A stretch of DNA of 64,000 bases from Eledone cirrhosa (GCA_964016885.1 OZ024746.1:79112001-79176000), one strand, 5' to 3'. Positions 13,946-27,207 are shown, numbered from the stretch's first letter. Notes: a model not told the origin generated them from the letters alone. Made by a program: numbers and translations.

Positions 13946-14345
13946 TCCTTCACCGGCTTGACCTCTTTTCATCCCCAAAGTATTCTTTCCATTCAAAACA
14001 CAAGTCTGCACTCCTCTACCCCTAAATTAAATTTCTACTACTACTATTCTATCAACTTGACCTCTTACTACTTTTCTATTGGTCAATTCAAAACCTGTTC
14101 CCAAACAGACCTATTATATTAAATCTTTGTTGGTTTTTTTCAATAAACAAATCTCATCATTTCTGAAGACAGCATATATATGTGAAGGTATGTATATTTC
14201 CTCTGATAGTTTGTAATATTTTTACATAGATCTATATGATATACATACCAACACACATATATATATCCTAGAAACGATCGTAAAATGATGAATTTTTTAA
14301 TATAAGGAACTTGTTCTTTGTTTTTATTCATTGTTTTTATTAATT

Positions 14346-14378
<33 letters not shown>

Positions 14379-14534
14379 GTGTATGTATATATATATATAT
14401 GTATGTATGCATATATATATATATAGTTATATATATATATATAATCACATGTAGCTTGCCGAGTGATGTTGGAGGGGAGCAAACACAGTAAAAACGGTAC
14501 TCAATACATTGGTAGAGTATAGGCATCTATATTA

Positions 14535-14652
14535 TGTATAGAAATGACTTCTAGAAGACTATAACTGTTTCGTTCGTAAGAACACACCAGGACATTCCTT
14601 ATGATTTCATACGAATGAAACAGTTTTAATCCTGTAGAAGTCATTTCTATAT
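14535..14652. repeat. Imperfect hairpin next to a TA array
   Basis: tatagaaatgacttctagaagactataactgtttcgttcgta pairs with tacgaatgaaacagttttaatcctgtagaagtcatttctata. Confidence 0.7.
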
Positions 14653-14657
14653 GTATT

Positions 14658-14713
<56 letters not shown>

Positions 14714-14718
<5 letters not shown>

Positions 14719-14856
14719 AGAGTTAGGATCCCGACGGCTGAGCTCCGGCCGTTTCGACTGCTAGATCCGAACAGTTCGGATTATTTTCATATTGCCCACT
14801 CTACTATCCTAAGTATGGAGTATTCTGGTCCACCTGGTTTCTTACCAGACCTTTTT

Positions 14857-14860
<4 letters not shown>
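14714..14860. mobile_element. TA-flanked hairpin element, copy 2 (old, right arm decayed)
   Basis: cccgacggctgagctc...gccgtttcgac and cccactctacta...ggtccacctggtt shared with the other copies. Confidence 0.75.
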
Positions 14861-14936
<76 letters not shown>

Positions 14937-14942
14937 TTATTT

Positions 14943-15115
14943 ATATGTGGGAGCCCCTACATGAACACACTGGAAGAGGAAGACCAAGGTTAACGTATGT
15001 TGATGCCCTAAGGACAGACACTGGTCTGTTGGAGACGCGGGGCATGGCAGCGATAATGAAGGACAGAGACCGCTGGAAAGAACTCGTCCATGGATCTCGG
15101 GAATTTTACCCGCCC
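14943..15115 (+). pseudogene. 3' fragment of an RTE/RTEX-clade LINE
   Basis: Translates as WEPLHEHTGRGRPRLTYVDALRTDTG...MKDRDRWKELV, a typical RTE C-terminus. Confidence 0.7.
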
Positions 15116-15134
15116 TTAGAATAATTATATGTAA

Positions 15135-15235
15135 AAAGTAAACAGAAATAACTACACAATCGGTACAGTATATGGAAGGAATATATTAGGTTAACGCTTG
15201 AAATAACAGGAAGAGGGTCTTAACGTTTTGGACTC
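15135..15235 (-). repeat. Dispersed Penelope-type terminal fragment (also 16140-16230 and 28188-28320)
   Basis: acacaatcggtacagtatatggaagg...ttaggttaacgcttgaaata...ggaagagggtcttaacgttt is shared by the three loci. Confidence 0.6.
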
Positions 15236-15322
15236 TAGTCAGTGACATGCTTTGAATAATGAGTCAAAGTTCACCTGGACACACATTTTTTAATTTTCGT
15301 ACGGAAGTAACAACAAGTAACT

Positions 15323-15419
<97 letters not shown>

Positions 15420-16010
15420 CACACACGCGCGAACACACATACACACACACACATTGACACGCTGTGTGTCGGATCACTGTTGGTTCCGACGAGGAGTTTT
15501 CCAGGTGATTCCATCTACGGGACATCTTGCTCGTAATTAATTGACGTGGCAGTGACTGAGCATTCAACATTGGTGTGCACAACTAAAGTAGTTTTCATGG
15601 AGATTCAGCGTAACACTCATTTTTTTTCCAGTTGAGTAGACTGGAACAATGCGGAATAAAGTGTCTTGCTCAAGGACATAATGTGCCGTCGGGAGTTCAC
15701 GATTGTACAATTGTGTAACGCACACACACACACACAAATAAAAATACACAAAAAAAAACACATTCAGCACTCATTCTTTTTAATACAGAAGACCTACTAA
15801 AATACCAACATTTCAAATATCACGACTATCCTCAGGGGAAAAGAACAATGGCCCCTGAGGATCGTCGTGTGAAAGTGAAACGTTGAGTTTACATGCAAAA
15901 TAAAAATAATTACGCTCTACGTTCAAATGTATTGAATTTTTCATTACAAGCCTGATTGGTCGTCTTAGTCTTTGGTTTAAGAATATCATATATATTTGTA
16001 CACACAAACA

Positions 16011-16131
<121 letters not shown>

Positions 16132-16247
16132 ATGCATGTAAAAGGTAAACAGAAATAAAGAAATAACAACACAATCGGTACAGTACATGGAAGGGATATA
16201 TTAGGTTAACCCTTGATATAGCAGGAAGAGGTGTGTGTCTGTACGTT

Positions 16248-16292
<45 letters not shown>

Positions 16293-17267
16293 GTGTGTAT
16301 ATAAAAGTATGTGCGTGTGTGCATGTGTGCAGGTGTGTATGTATCCATGTATGTACGTATTTGCGTGTGCATTTATTCAAGTGTTTGTTTAAGGGCTAAT
16401 ATATTTCAAATAAGGATGTGTGTAAAACAAAAGACAAAGAAAATATATGCACAAAACAACCACAACAAAACATTACGAGTTTGTAAATACATACATTGCA
16501 CCGACACACACGCCCATATATGTAGGAACAGACATATACATGTACATATACATATACATATGTATATACATATACATATGTATATACATATACATATGAA
16601 ACACGTCCATGTACAACCGCATAAGCCCGAACTCGCGTATTTACAAATATACATACATTTAAATACCGGTGCATAAGAAATATATATAGTTAAACACACA
16701 CATATTCATACACATACACACATAAATACACACCTATACACAGCCACTCACACACACACACAGAATCATACACACATGAACACATATGCATTTGCACTAA
16801 TACACACAGAAACACACATGCTTTTGCACACATACATTCACGCACACAAGCATACGCGAACAAACGTGAACATATGACATGCATGTTATATAGAGAGAGA
16901 TGGGAGAGATAGATATGGATATAGAGAGGCGGAGAGTTTGGTGGTAATTGATATAGAGAGGACGGTTGGGAGAGTGCGTTGTATATTAGATATAGAGAGG
17001 GGGAGAGATTGTAGTTAATTGATATAAATTTCTATTTATTTGCCACCAGGGCATCAAAGATTGGGACAAATACAAAGGGGGGAGTTTACATACATTTAAA
17101 AAGACGTGTAAAAAACATATAACAAATTAAATTTAACAATCGATGTCCTCAATAGGGAGGGGCGTTGACATGGGTCGCACACACCCCCGAAAAAATGTGC
17201 AACCCTCCTCTTCAGGAGCACAAAGAGCGGGTGCTTCCTTCCTCTTTTCATTCTTCTCCTCTCTCAC

Positions 17268-20200
17268 CTACAGGCTGATATAGAGAGAAGGCCCATTCAC
17301 TCGGGCCATTCTCGCTACTTTCACCCACCTTTCATAAAACTTGCTGGGGTAGAGCACCTCTCTCTCCATTCTGATCCTTCTTCTAAAGTGGTACTTGAAA
17401 AAAAAGACCAGTTGTTGGCCGGAGAGAAAGGTGTCTGACCTCAGCCCTTTCAACCTTGTCCACCATACAACTTCTTTCGCCATGGCTATCACACAGAGGA
17501 AAACCGCCAAGCCAGGGACTTTTGGAAGTTGTCCATCGGTCCCGGGCCAAACGTCCTACCGAACAGACTGGCCAGCTCGTCTTCCTCTATGCCCAGAGCC
17601 TCTCTGAGAGTGTCGTCGCACTTACTGCGCACCAACCCTCTATAGAATGTTGAGGTTGAGTCTCCACTGATTGCCGGATCCGCTTGCCAGAGGGCCGTGA
17701 GCGCCTGAGCACATTCAATGTGCCAGTCGCCCACTTTTCTCGGTCTTTGCTTGACCCAGGATTGCAGCTCGGGGAGTGAGACGAGTCTCGGAAAGGCTCG
17801 CCTCACAAACAGGGCACACACCGGCTGACCGGTGAGGAATACCTGGAGGTGCCGTAGCCTCAATGCGTGTCTACGCATCGTCAGCCACGTCATTCCCAGC
17901 CCTCCGTTCGAAGGGTGTTGACAGCAGATGGATCTTCTCACCAAAGGAGCCCGCTTCTTCCAAAGAAATAGGAAGAGCGCGCGCTCCATTTTGGCGCGTG
18001 TTTTCTCTGGGCAAGGCACGACGGTCAAGCGGTAGTAGATGACGGACGCTATATAAGCGTTCGCCACCTCCGCTCGACCTTTCAGGGATAGTTTGCACTC
18101 GGCCCACTTCTGGGCGAGTGCAAACACCTTGCCCGTTACCTCATCCCAGTTTTTCTCCACCTGGAGGTCCGGTCCGAACCAGACCCCGAGAAGCTTCACC
18201 GGTCCCTCCGTCCAGCGTCCGACGATGCCGTCGGAGGGCATCGATTTGCCCCTCCACGTCCCGAGCTGCAAACCGACGGACTTGTCCCGGTTCATCTTGG
18301 CTCCTGTGAACCTTTCATATTCCTCCAGTAAGGTGCCGATCTGCCCGATTTCCGAGGCGCACGACACCATTACTGTCACGTCATCGGCGTAGGCCGACAC
18401 CGCTTTCCGCAATCCCGGTTCCAAGGGGATGCCCTGCAACAGCTCCAGCTTCCGCAGTAGTGGCTCGAGAGCCAGCACATACAGGAGGGAGGAGAGAGGG
18501 CATCCCTGTCGAATGGATCGCGTGATTTGGAACGGCTCCGAGAGATAGCCGTTCACCTTGACCCTCGAGCAGGTGTTGCTGCTGTGCATTGCAGCAATCC
18601 AGCCCCTGAAAACGGGTCCGAAGCCTGCCGCCGCGAGCACCGCATCCAGGTACCGATGGTCAACCCTATCGAACGCCTTAGATTGATCCAAGTTGATCAG
18701 GGCCCCACCAAAGCCGTGTTCGTTCCCTACCCTCTCTACAATGTATCGCATGAGGTGGAGGTTGTCGTGTATGGACCTGGACGGGATTGCGCATGTCTGC
18801 GCTTCTCCCACCAGGTTCCCGACGACAAGCGCCAACCTCTTCGCTAACACCTTGGCCAAAATCTTTAACTCTGTGTTTAGCAGACTTATGGGTCTGAAGT
18901 TATCTATGTCATCCCCCTTGTTCTCGTCCTTCCTCACCAGCGTGACTACGCCCTTGGTCACAGAACTGGGAATTCTCCCGTTCTGTTGCCAGTTGCAGTA
19001 GACCGCCTCGAGGAGACCGGAGAACAAGCCCGGCATCGCTACATAAAGTTCGTATGGTAGACCATCGAGACCCGGAGATTTGCGTTTGCCGCATTGGCTC
19101 AGCGCTTCCCCTATTTCAGCGGCTGAAATCGGCCTCTCGCAGGACTTCGCCTCCTCGTCCGAGAGCCGCGCCAGACCGTCGAGGTATGGACCGAAATCCA
19201 TGGCCCCACCCGCCCCGCCGTCCCTCCCGAACAGTCGTGCAAAGCGCCGTTGAAAGGCCGCGCTCATCCGCTCAGGTTCAAGGATCACGCGTCCATCCTG
19301 GTCCTTCAAAGACCGAATCGTGGACTTGTTTCCCCTTTTTTCCTCTGTCACTCGGGCCCAGCCAAACAGCTTTGGCTCCCTCGTTACCCAGAGCACTATT
19401 TTACTCCTGATAACGCAGCCCTCGTGCTTCGCATCAAAGAACTGGTCTAGGGCCGTTCTTGACGCCAGCACGCCGGCCACGTTGCCACTCCTAATCGCCT
19501 CTTCTACTCTATTTGTTAATTCCCTTTCAGTTCTATTCCTATCTGATGCTAATTCCCGGCTAAAACCTATCGATTCTATTCTAATTTCTCTCTTGAGAGA
19601 GCCCCACCACCTGTTGTTGACAATTGCCCCCGTCAAACGCTGCTTAACTTGTGAGATAATCCGCTTACTGTAAGCTTTGTTTGTCGGTAAAGACAAGTTT
19701 AGCTTCCAGTAACCGGGTCCCTGTCTATGAGTTCTATCAAGGTTGACCACTCAGGTCACCAACTTGTGATCCGAATAGTCAACCATGAACATTCGTGGAC
19801 AGCTTAATATGTCCCTATCCTTATTTCTAACTAGGAACCTATCTAGGTACGACGTAGATGTTCCGCTAAGATTACTCCACGTCCACCGTGGCACAGTCGG
19901 AAAATCTAGTCGATATCTATCGCCCAGATCAAATCGGCCGATTAATCGTTTGAGGCTGTTACACCCCCCTCTATCGGGACATGCCCCTACATAGTCCCAA
20001 CGTGCATCCAGGATACCATTCCAGTCCCCCACTAAAAGCAAGGAGCGTGACGTTCCCAGGAAATTCTCCAGGTGTCGGAAGAAGTCCGGTCGCGGTGTCC
20101 CAGATGGGGCATACGCTGCCACCAGCCTGAAAGCTCCACCTTCACCACTGACGACGTTTAAAACCACCAGTCTACCCTCCGGTTCCAGGTGTACCTTCTG

Positions 20201-20437
20201 TGTGGCAAGACCCAGGTATTTTTGCAGCAGAACGACGACCCCACCCCCACCCCTCGGCTGACAGAGAGATGCGTAGATCTCAAAGTCGTCGAAGATGGGG
20301 ACCAGTTGGCGCTCGCTGCTGATCCTGGACTCGCAAATAACCATTACATCCACTCTGTGCGACCTGAGGTCATTTAAGAGTTTGCCCTGTTTCCCCAAGC
20401 CGCGTGCATTCACACATCCAACTCTTATATTGGCCAT
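17268..20437 (-). pseudogene. ORF2 (APE endonuclease-reverse transcriptase) with disabling lesions
   Basis: NARGL, GDWN, YLDR and SDH endonuclease motifs; KSPGLDG, KAFDRV, RQGCPLS and YADD RT motifs; in-frame TGA at 19751-19753; local frameshifts ~19370-19410; zinc-knuckle region deleted at ~17505. Confidence 0.93.
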
Positions 20438-20479
20438 GTTGGTGCTGAAGAGGTAAAAAGGAAGAGGAAAGGAAATTAC

Positions 20480-20870
20480 TTACCTCTTCGTCTCCTGGGG
20501 ACCAGGCTGCACAATTTCCATGGGGGTGTTGGAAGGGTTGTTTGGTGGGGTGGTGGTTTGTGATGGGGTGAGGACATCAGTGTGTGGTGGGATTAGGGTG
20601 TTTGGTGGGGTGGGGGTGTCTGGTGTGGGGGTGAAAGTGATCCCTTCGGTTTCCACCGAAGGGTTATTTTCTATCGCTTTCATCAACGTTTTATTGTTCT
20701 TGTTAATGTATGTATAGAGTTTTTGTTGTGTTGTGTTTGTTTTTGTTTTGTGTTGTTAGTTTTCCGTGTTGTTGTGGTTGTTGTTGTTGTTGTTGTTGTT
20801 GTTGTGGTGGTGGTGGTGGTGGTGGTGGTGGTTGTGTTGTTGTGTTGGGGGTTGCAGAAGAGCCTTTTTT
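20480..20870 (-). pseudogene. ORF1 C-terminal fragment of LINE copy A
   Basis: NKTLMKAIENNPSVETEGITF aligns by eye with copy B NKELMAHVARSTNIEKDGETF; P/T/Q-rich. Confidence 0.7.
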
Positions 20871-20873
20871 TAA

Positions 20874-20927
<54 letters not shown>

Positions 20928-20935
20928 ATATATAT

Positions 20936-21046
<111 letters not shown>

Positions 21047-21052
21047 ATACTC

Positions 21053-21099
<47 letters not shown>

Positions 21100-21574
21100 G
21101 ATATACATCCACATACATTGAGAGAAGTTAATAGAAGCCAATGTTGATAATAAATAGTCTCCCTTTCCATCGATATTTTCTCAAGCTTTCATCTCTCTCA
21201 GTCCCACCTTCACTCACTCTCCCATTTTAACCCACTCTCTGGTTGCTTGTCATTTTTTTTCATTCATTCTTGCATTCATTCTTTCTTTCTTTCTTTCTTT
21301 TTCTTTTTTTTTTTTTACTCGTTTCGTTCACATATTTAATCACTAATCATTTTCAATAATGTTTAATATCTATTGTATTTGCTGTGTGGTGTATATGTAT
21401 GGGTGAGAGTGAACGAAATAATGGGAAGAAGGAGAGAAAGATACAATGAAAGAATATGTTGATAAAGAGAGGAAACAGAGATAGATAGATAGATATATAG
21501 ATAGATAGATAGATTGAGAGAGAGACAGCTTGCTAGATAGATAGATAGATAGAAAGAGATTGATAGATAGATAG

Positions 21575-21670
21575 ATTTCTTTATTTGCCACAAGGGCGTA
21601 CAGAAAATGGGACATTACAAGACGTGACGGCGGGGGTTTTACATAAAATCTTTAACAATAATAATGAAGA
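21575..21670 (-). mobile_element. Isolated 3'-UTR end of a third L1/Tx1 copy
   Basis: atttctttatttgccacaagggc...ggggttttacata matches the 3' ends at 17028 and 53431. Confidence 0.7.
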
Positions 21671-21671
21671 T

Positions 21672-21982
<311 letters not shown>

Positions 21983-22365
21983 CAGAGAGAAAGAGAGAAT
22001 AAAAGAGAGAAATTTAAGAAGAATTTCAAAAAAATGAAAAGAAATGAAAAGAAATGAAAAGAAAAGACAGCAAGGGTAGAGATAGAAATTGAGGGAAGGC
22101 AACATATAGTAACAATGTGGATTGCTAGTGTTTACCGTGTTTACGTGAGAGGATAAAAGAACTAAAGCGAATTGAAGAAGAATAGTGTGATGTGGGTGGA
22201 GAGAAAAATATTAGCATCAAACATTTACATACAAAAGTGTGATTGTATTCGTATTTGTATATGCATTAGTGTGGCCATGAATATATCTATCTATATGCAC
22301 GTATAAATATTTACACAAACACATACACATATACATCTACGTTCTTTCGTATGTATATATGCATA

Positions 22366-22776
22366 CATGGTGGCTGCCAACTCGTTTTCGAGTACGGCCA
22401 CTACTTTATATCCATGTAGGAGAACCCCTATCGATGCGCTGAACGAGTGACTTTTTAGTCCAGCCAGCGACTTGAAAACTCTGGTACAAACACTACACTT
22501 GTGACAAATATTGACACATAGTGCTGGGCCCATGGTACCCTGTGACGACAAGTGCAGAGAGATCTCCAGATATAAAGCAATGCCTGTGCCGTGAAGCTTT
22601 TATAGTGAGCAAAGGCACTGCACAAAGCCAGTCCCACTCTCTTAACCAAGATGATATTTACCAAAAAGAAGAACAAGTCAACATCATTGGATACCACCAG
22701 GGTTGCAGGTGTTATATCAGAGTTTTCCATCTCCTAGAATTCCGCCTTGACAAAGGCTAAGGGGTCATCTCTCCCG
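22366..22776 (-). mobile_element. RTE-derived non-autonomous element, copy 1 (5'-truncated)
   Basis: Highly similar to 28609-29209 and 63214-63823; encodes the C2H2-like relic CSVCTRVFKSLAGLKSH. Confidence 0.8.
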
Positions 22777-22787
22777 ATATGCATACA

Positions 22788-22889
<102 letters not shown>

Positions 22890-23129
22890 ATAAAAGAGAA
22901 AACACAGGTAAGCATTAAAAAAAGGATTTTATCCAGGTATTTACGACCGTTTCATTGGTAAGTGCAACCTTATAATGCTATACTGCAAATAGCAGCCACT
23001 CAATAATAATTGTTGTACACGTCCAAATTTTCAAAATACTGAATAAATTACTCTTAACAAGTTCTTAATATATAGAGAAAAACATTTTTTGCAATTGTAT
23101 TTGCTAGTATAGAGAGAGAGGAAGAGGAA

Positions 23130-23267
23130 TATATAAATTACATGACAACTCGGAGTATCGCCATATATAAATTACATGACAACTCGGAGTATCGCCATAT
23201 ATAAATTACATGACAACTCGGAGTATCGCCATATATAAATTACATGACAACTCGGAGTATCGCCATA
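23130..23267. repeat. 34-bp tandem repeat x4
   Basis: catgacaactcggagtatcgccatatataaatta starts at 23141, 23175, 23209 and 23243; a solo copy lies at ~24250-24282. Confidence 0.9.
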
Positions 23268-23846
23268 TATATATACTTATATATATGTAGAAGTTCTATT
23301 TAAATTGTTGGGATACAACAAGCAAATATTTTTATAATTGATATAAAGCACTCAACAAATTGTTGGAGTAAAAATACTATCCGGGAGCTTCCAACAGAAA
23401 TGGTCGAATTATTTAAGGGTATGTCAATATTTATTTATAAAACTGATCTATATTATATTTTATCTTATGAAAGCACACCATAATTTAACTTGGTGTCCTT
23501 GAAATATGTATAATGAAATAAATATGGTTTTATAAATATAGTTTCCATTTGTTAATATATCGTATACTTATATATACATATTTAAACGATATATACAATT
23601 TTATTTTCATATATCAAATTGAAAAATCTACTAGTATTGTGTACAAATATCTAGAAACAAATATTAAATATACTTAAAGATAGAATCAAACCAAAATCAC
23701 TTAAAGCCTACTTATACGGATCCGTTTCGTAAAATCATTGCGAAAGATGCATACAATTGATTCTGATTATGTGTATCAATAAACTATGCTAATAAGCATC
23801 TGAAGACCAAGAAGTTTCACTTTCCGTAAGTTATTTGGTCTTTTCT

Positions 23847-23924
23847 ATTGGATCGTCAAGTATGAAATTTGTAGAAACTTGTAGAAAAAAAAAATTCTAC
23901 AAATTTCATACGAGACGACCCAAT
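23847..23924. repeat. Imperfect hairpin abutting a TA run
   Basis: attggatcgtcaagtatgaaatttgtagaa pairs with ttctacaaatttcatacgagacgacccaat. Confidence 0.7.
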
Positions 23925-24199
23925 ATATATATATATCTCACACTGCACAAACTTCTAGTTACCTGCCCAAGGAATATGTATGACTTAATCTCCACATGGT
24001 GTTAAAATAATGTTTAACAGAAGAGCAGATATTATAGGGCAGGTCGTATGGAGTGCTAAAGATAGCTCCGGACAAGTCCCATTACGGCAATACGTGACAC
24101 GATAAGTTTTAGAGCCTATAAATATGTGAGTGTTTGTGTGTGTATCCTTTGTACGTATGTAGGTATGCATGCTTTCGTGCATGCAGGCATGTGTTTGTT

Positions 24200-24237
<38 letters not shown>

Positions 24238-24422
24238 CGCTATCATTAGATATAAATTACATGACAACTCGGAGTATCACCATTTCGTGACTCGTCAGTT
24301 AAAATAGACTGTCAGATAAGATCGTAGATAGTTGCAGAGACAGACACACATTCATCCATACATACACACAGACAGAGAAACATACACATTGATAGATAAA
24401 TTAGTAGATACACACTAAACAA

Positions 24423-24490
<68 letters not shown>

Positions 24491-24523
24491 TACTCACTCA
24501 CTACTACTATATCCATTTATATA

Positions 24524-24723
24524 NNNNNNNNNNNNNNNNNNNNNNNNNNNNNNNNNNNNNNNNNNNNNNNNNNNNNNNNNNNNNNNNNNNNNNNNNNNNN
24601 NNNNNNNNNNNNNNNNNNNNNNNNNNNNNNNNNNNNNNNNNNNNNNNNNNNNNNNNNNNNNNNNNNNNNNNNNNNNNNNNNNNNNNNNNNNNNNNNNNNN
24701 NNNNNNNNNNNNNNNNNNNNNNN
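24524..24723. other. Assembly gap (200 N)
   Basis: Run of N. Confidence 1.
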
Positions 24724-24773
<50 letters not shown>

Positions 24774-25033
24774 GTGTGTGTGTATGTATACATACATATA
24801 TATAGAAAACATGAATGGAATAGCAACATCAAAACTTACAATTAAGGACAAAATGAAAACACACACAAAGAACAAACAACCAACTAGTAACATGTAAATA
24901 AACAAATAAATAAACAAATAAAAACACACACAAACACCCGGATGTAACACAAACTAAGCACACAACACACACAAAAACAAGATGGCGTAGGACAGAACAA
25001 AGGAGAGGCACAAAACAAAGAAAAGAATCCCCG

Positions 25034-25076
25034 GTCACTGATGAAGTCACAGAACGTGTGACGAAAGAACTTTGAC
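25034..25076 (+). ncRNA. Minimal type I hammerhead ribozyme candidate (Penelope-type)
   Basis: gtca-CTGATGA-a-gtcaca(gaacg)tgtgac-GAAA-gaac-TT-tgac; stem I 4 bp, stem II 6 bp, intact core. Confidence 0.6.
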
Positions 25077-25225
25077 AATATATGAACAACCGTCCGGTTG
25101 TGGAACCAACCAACCAACCGGATATTTATAAATTTTTAAAAATTTATAATTTAATTTATAATAAATGGGAGTGAAAGCAACTGGTGCGTGAGTTTCTTAT
25201 TGGCAACATGACCCTCCCAAAGTAT

Positions 25226-25272
<47 letters not shown>

Positions 25273-25324
25273 AATATTAATTCCAAATAATAACAAAACA
25301 GATATTCTTGTGATCAATTAAATG

Positions 25325-25383
25325 TTATTATACATATTTCAGAGGTACTGAATTAAGTTCAACAGTACGTCCTCATCAGATAA
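25325..25383 (-). ncRNA. Minimal type I hammerhead ribozyme candidate
   Basis: Minus strand reads ttat-CTGATGA-ggacgtactg...cagtacctct-GAAA-tatgta-TA-ataa. Confidence 0.5.
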
Positions 25384-25466
25384 AATAAAATGATCCATGA
25401 CATACCCTGACATGGTAGATGGTTAAGATTTAATCAAGGTAGTGATTAACTTATGAGAAAAATCAA

Positions 25467-25532
<66 letters not shown>

Positions 25533-26074
25533 AGTAGCTGGTGAAGCGAATAGTTTGTTTATTCTGTCCGGCTATTCTGTTGAAATTTACGTTTACTAAA
25601 GCTACACAGTCTTTCACCTCTTTGATTCCTTAATCCACTCGAGAAGAAATTATTTTGATTTAATCAAGTAAATTAATGAAAATAGAAAGGACTGGATCGA
25701 CAGGTTGCACCAACGAAATTGTATTTCCATTGGTCTTTCTTTCTATTGTTAATATCGACCGGTCGCTTTGAATTCAGAACTAGTAGAGTAACGGGAAATA
25801 ACGTGTTATGTACAGCGAGACAACGTACCACTGGATGTCAAAATCACGGACTTACGATCGTGAATCCACACGCCCTAATCACTAGGCCGTGTGTCATGTA
25901 CACGTGACACCAGCATTCAATTAACTGCAAAACTGTTGCAGTAGATAAACCACATTAATTCCTTCCAAAGCAAAAAAAAAAACATTAGACAAATTGCTCC
26001 AAACTAGGGGCTTATAACCTGCTAAGCAACACTACACAGAATATTTACATCCATACTCCTTTCCCAAAGTAGTA

Positions 26075-26300
26075 GACCGTATACTGAATGCATATTATCG
26101 TGGCACCAATCCTACCACTTTACAAAGAGTACTGAAAATCTTTTATCATTGCACCAGTATTACCATTTTGTAGAATGTACTGGGTGCATTGTACCGTAGC
26201 ACCAGCACTACCACTTTACAAAGTGCTCTGGGTGCATTTTATCATCGCACCAACACTACTATTTTACGTAGTGTATTGGGTGCATTTTATGGTGTCACCA
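26075..26300. repeat. Degenerate ~49-bp minisatellite
   Basis: Recurring tactgggtgcatt...gcacca...taccactttacaaag. Confidence 0.65.
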
Positions 26301-26874
26301 AGTATGAAATACTATCATGGATAACCTTTAAAATTGTGTAGCATCGCAAGTTATTCCCATCGGGACCCAGTGATTATTTTGGTGTGTTCGAGCATAGTTA
26401 ATGTATTTACGTAACACTGAACGTTACGTGAATACTACACGTTACGTGAATACTACACACACACATACAAACAAAAATTAAGTTAGTGGTTCTTGTTCAC
26501 TGTGTACTGAAGTAAAATCCCACCGATGTCCAGTTTACCTTTCCTCCCTTTGATAAAAAAGATATCAATCTAGAATCCGTGGATTAGCTGAATTATTAAT
26601 GAGTCGCTATCCCATCTAGCTCTGCATTCTGTCTTCAAAATCCACATACTTCTGCCAGGTGTTACGACCGGCAGGTAATATCAGTAATGGAAATATTGTT
26701 TCTTTGGTCAGATCTAATTGTCGTTTCCTTTTCTTTCTTTTCAAGCTACATAGCTATAATATTTTACTAGAAAAACAGAAGCGGTGGCAAAAAAGATGTT
26801 TCGGTATAAATGATGCAAAGCCTTCAAAACCGCAGAGCTGCACCTAACAGTGCACTGGAAACACAAACAGATTC

Positions 26875-26985
26875 TTTCTAATATTGGTACAAGACGTGCA
26901 ATTTAGGGAAAGAGGAAAGTCGAATATATCGAGTCCAGTATTTAACCGGTACTTTATTTTATTGACCCCCGAAGGAAAAAAAAGG
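26875..26985 (-). mobile_element. SINE family A 3' half
   Basis: ggtactttattttattgacccccgaagga is the reverse complement of the family core. Confidence 0.6.
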
Positions 26986-27207
26986 TAGAGATGTTCTCTG
27001 CGACTGTTGAAAACATGATAATAACAACAATAATACTAATTCTAAACTTAAACAAAACAGGAAGCAACTTTTGAGGTAGGTAGTAATGTTTATATCTACC
27101 CCAGTTCCTCACTGGTATTTACTACCTACAAATTTACGTATGAAATAACAATACTGTTTCTACTGCATGAACTGATCCTGTCATTTCTTCTGTAGTTACT
27201 ACTACTT

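Larger units (their letters stand above)
17028..20870 (-). mobile_element. L1/Tx1-clade LINE copy A, 5'-truncated and inactive
   Basis: ORF1 3' fragment, APE endonuclease, RT and a 3' UTR ending AATAAATAGAAAT; colinear with copy B. Confidence 0.95.

Noticed and set aside
19751-19753. Selenocysteine or readthrough TGA in copy A ORF2
   Set aside because: Copy B has TGT (Cys) here and copy A has other disabling lesions, so this is an ordinary nonsense mutation
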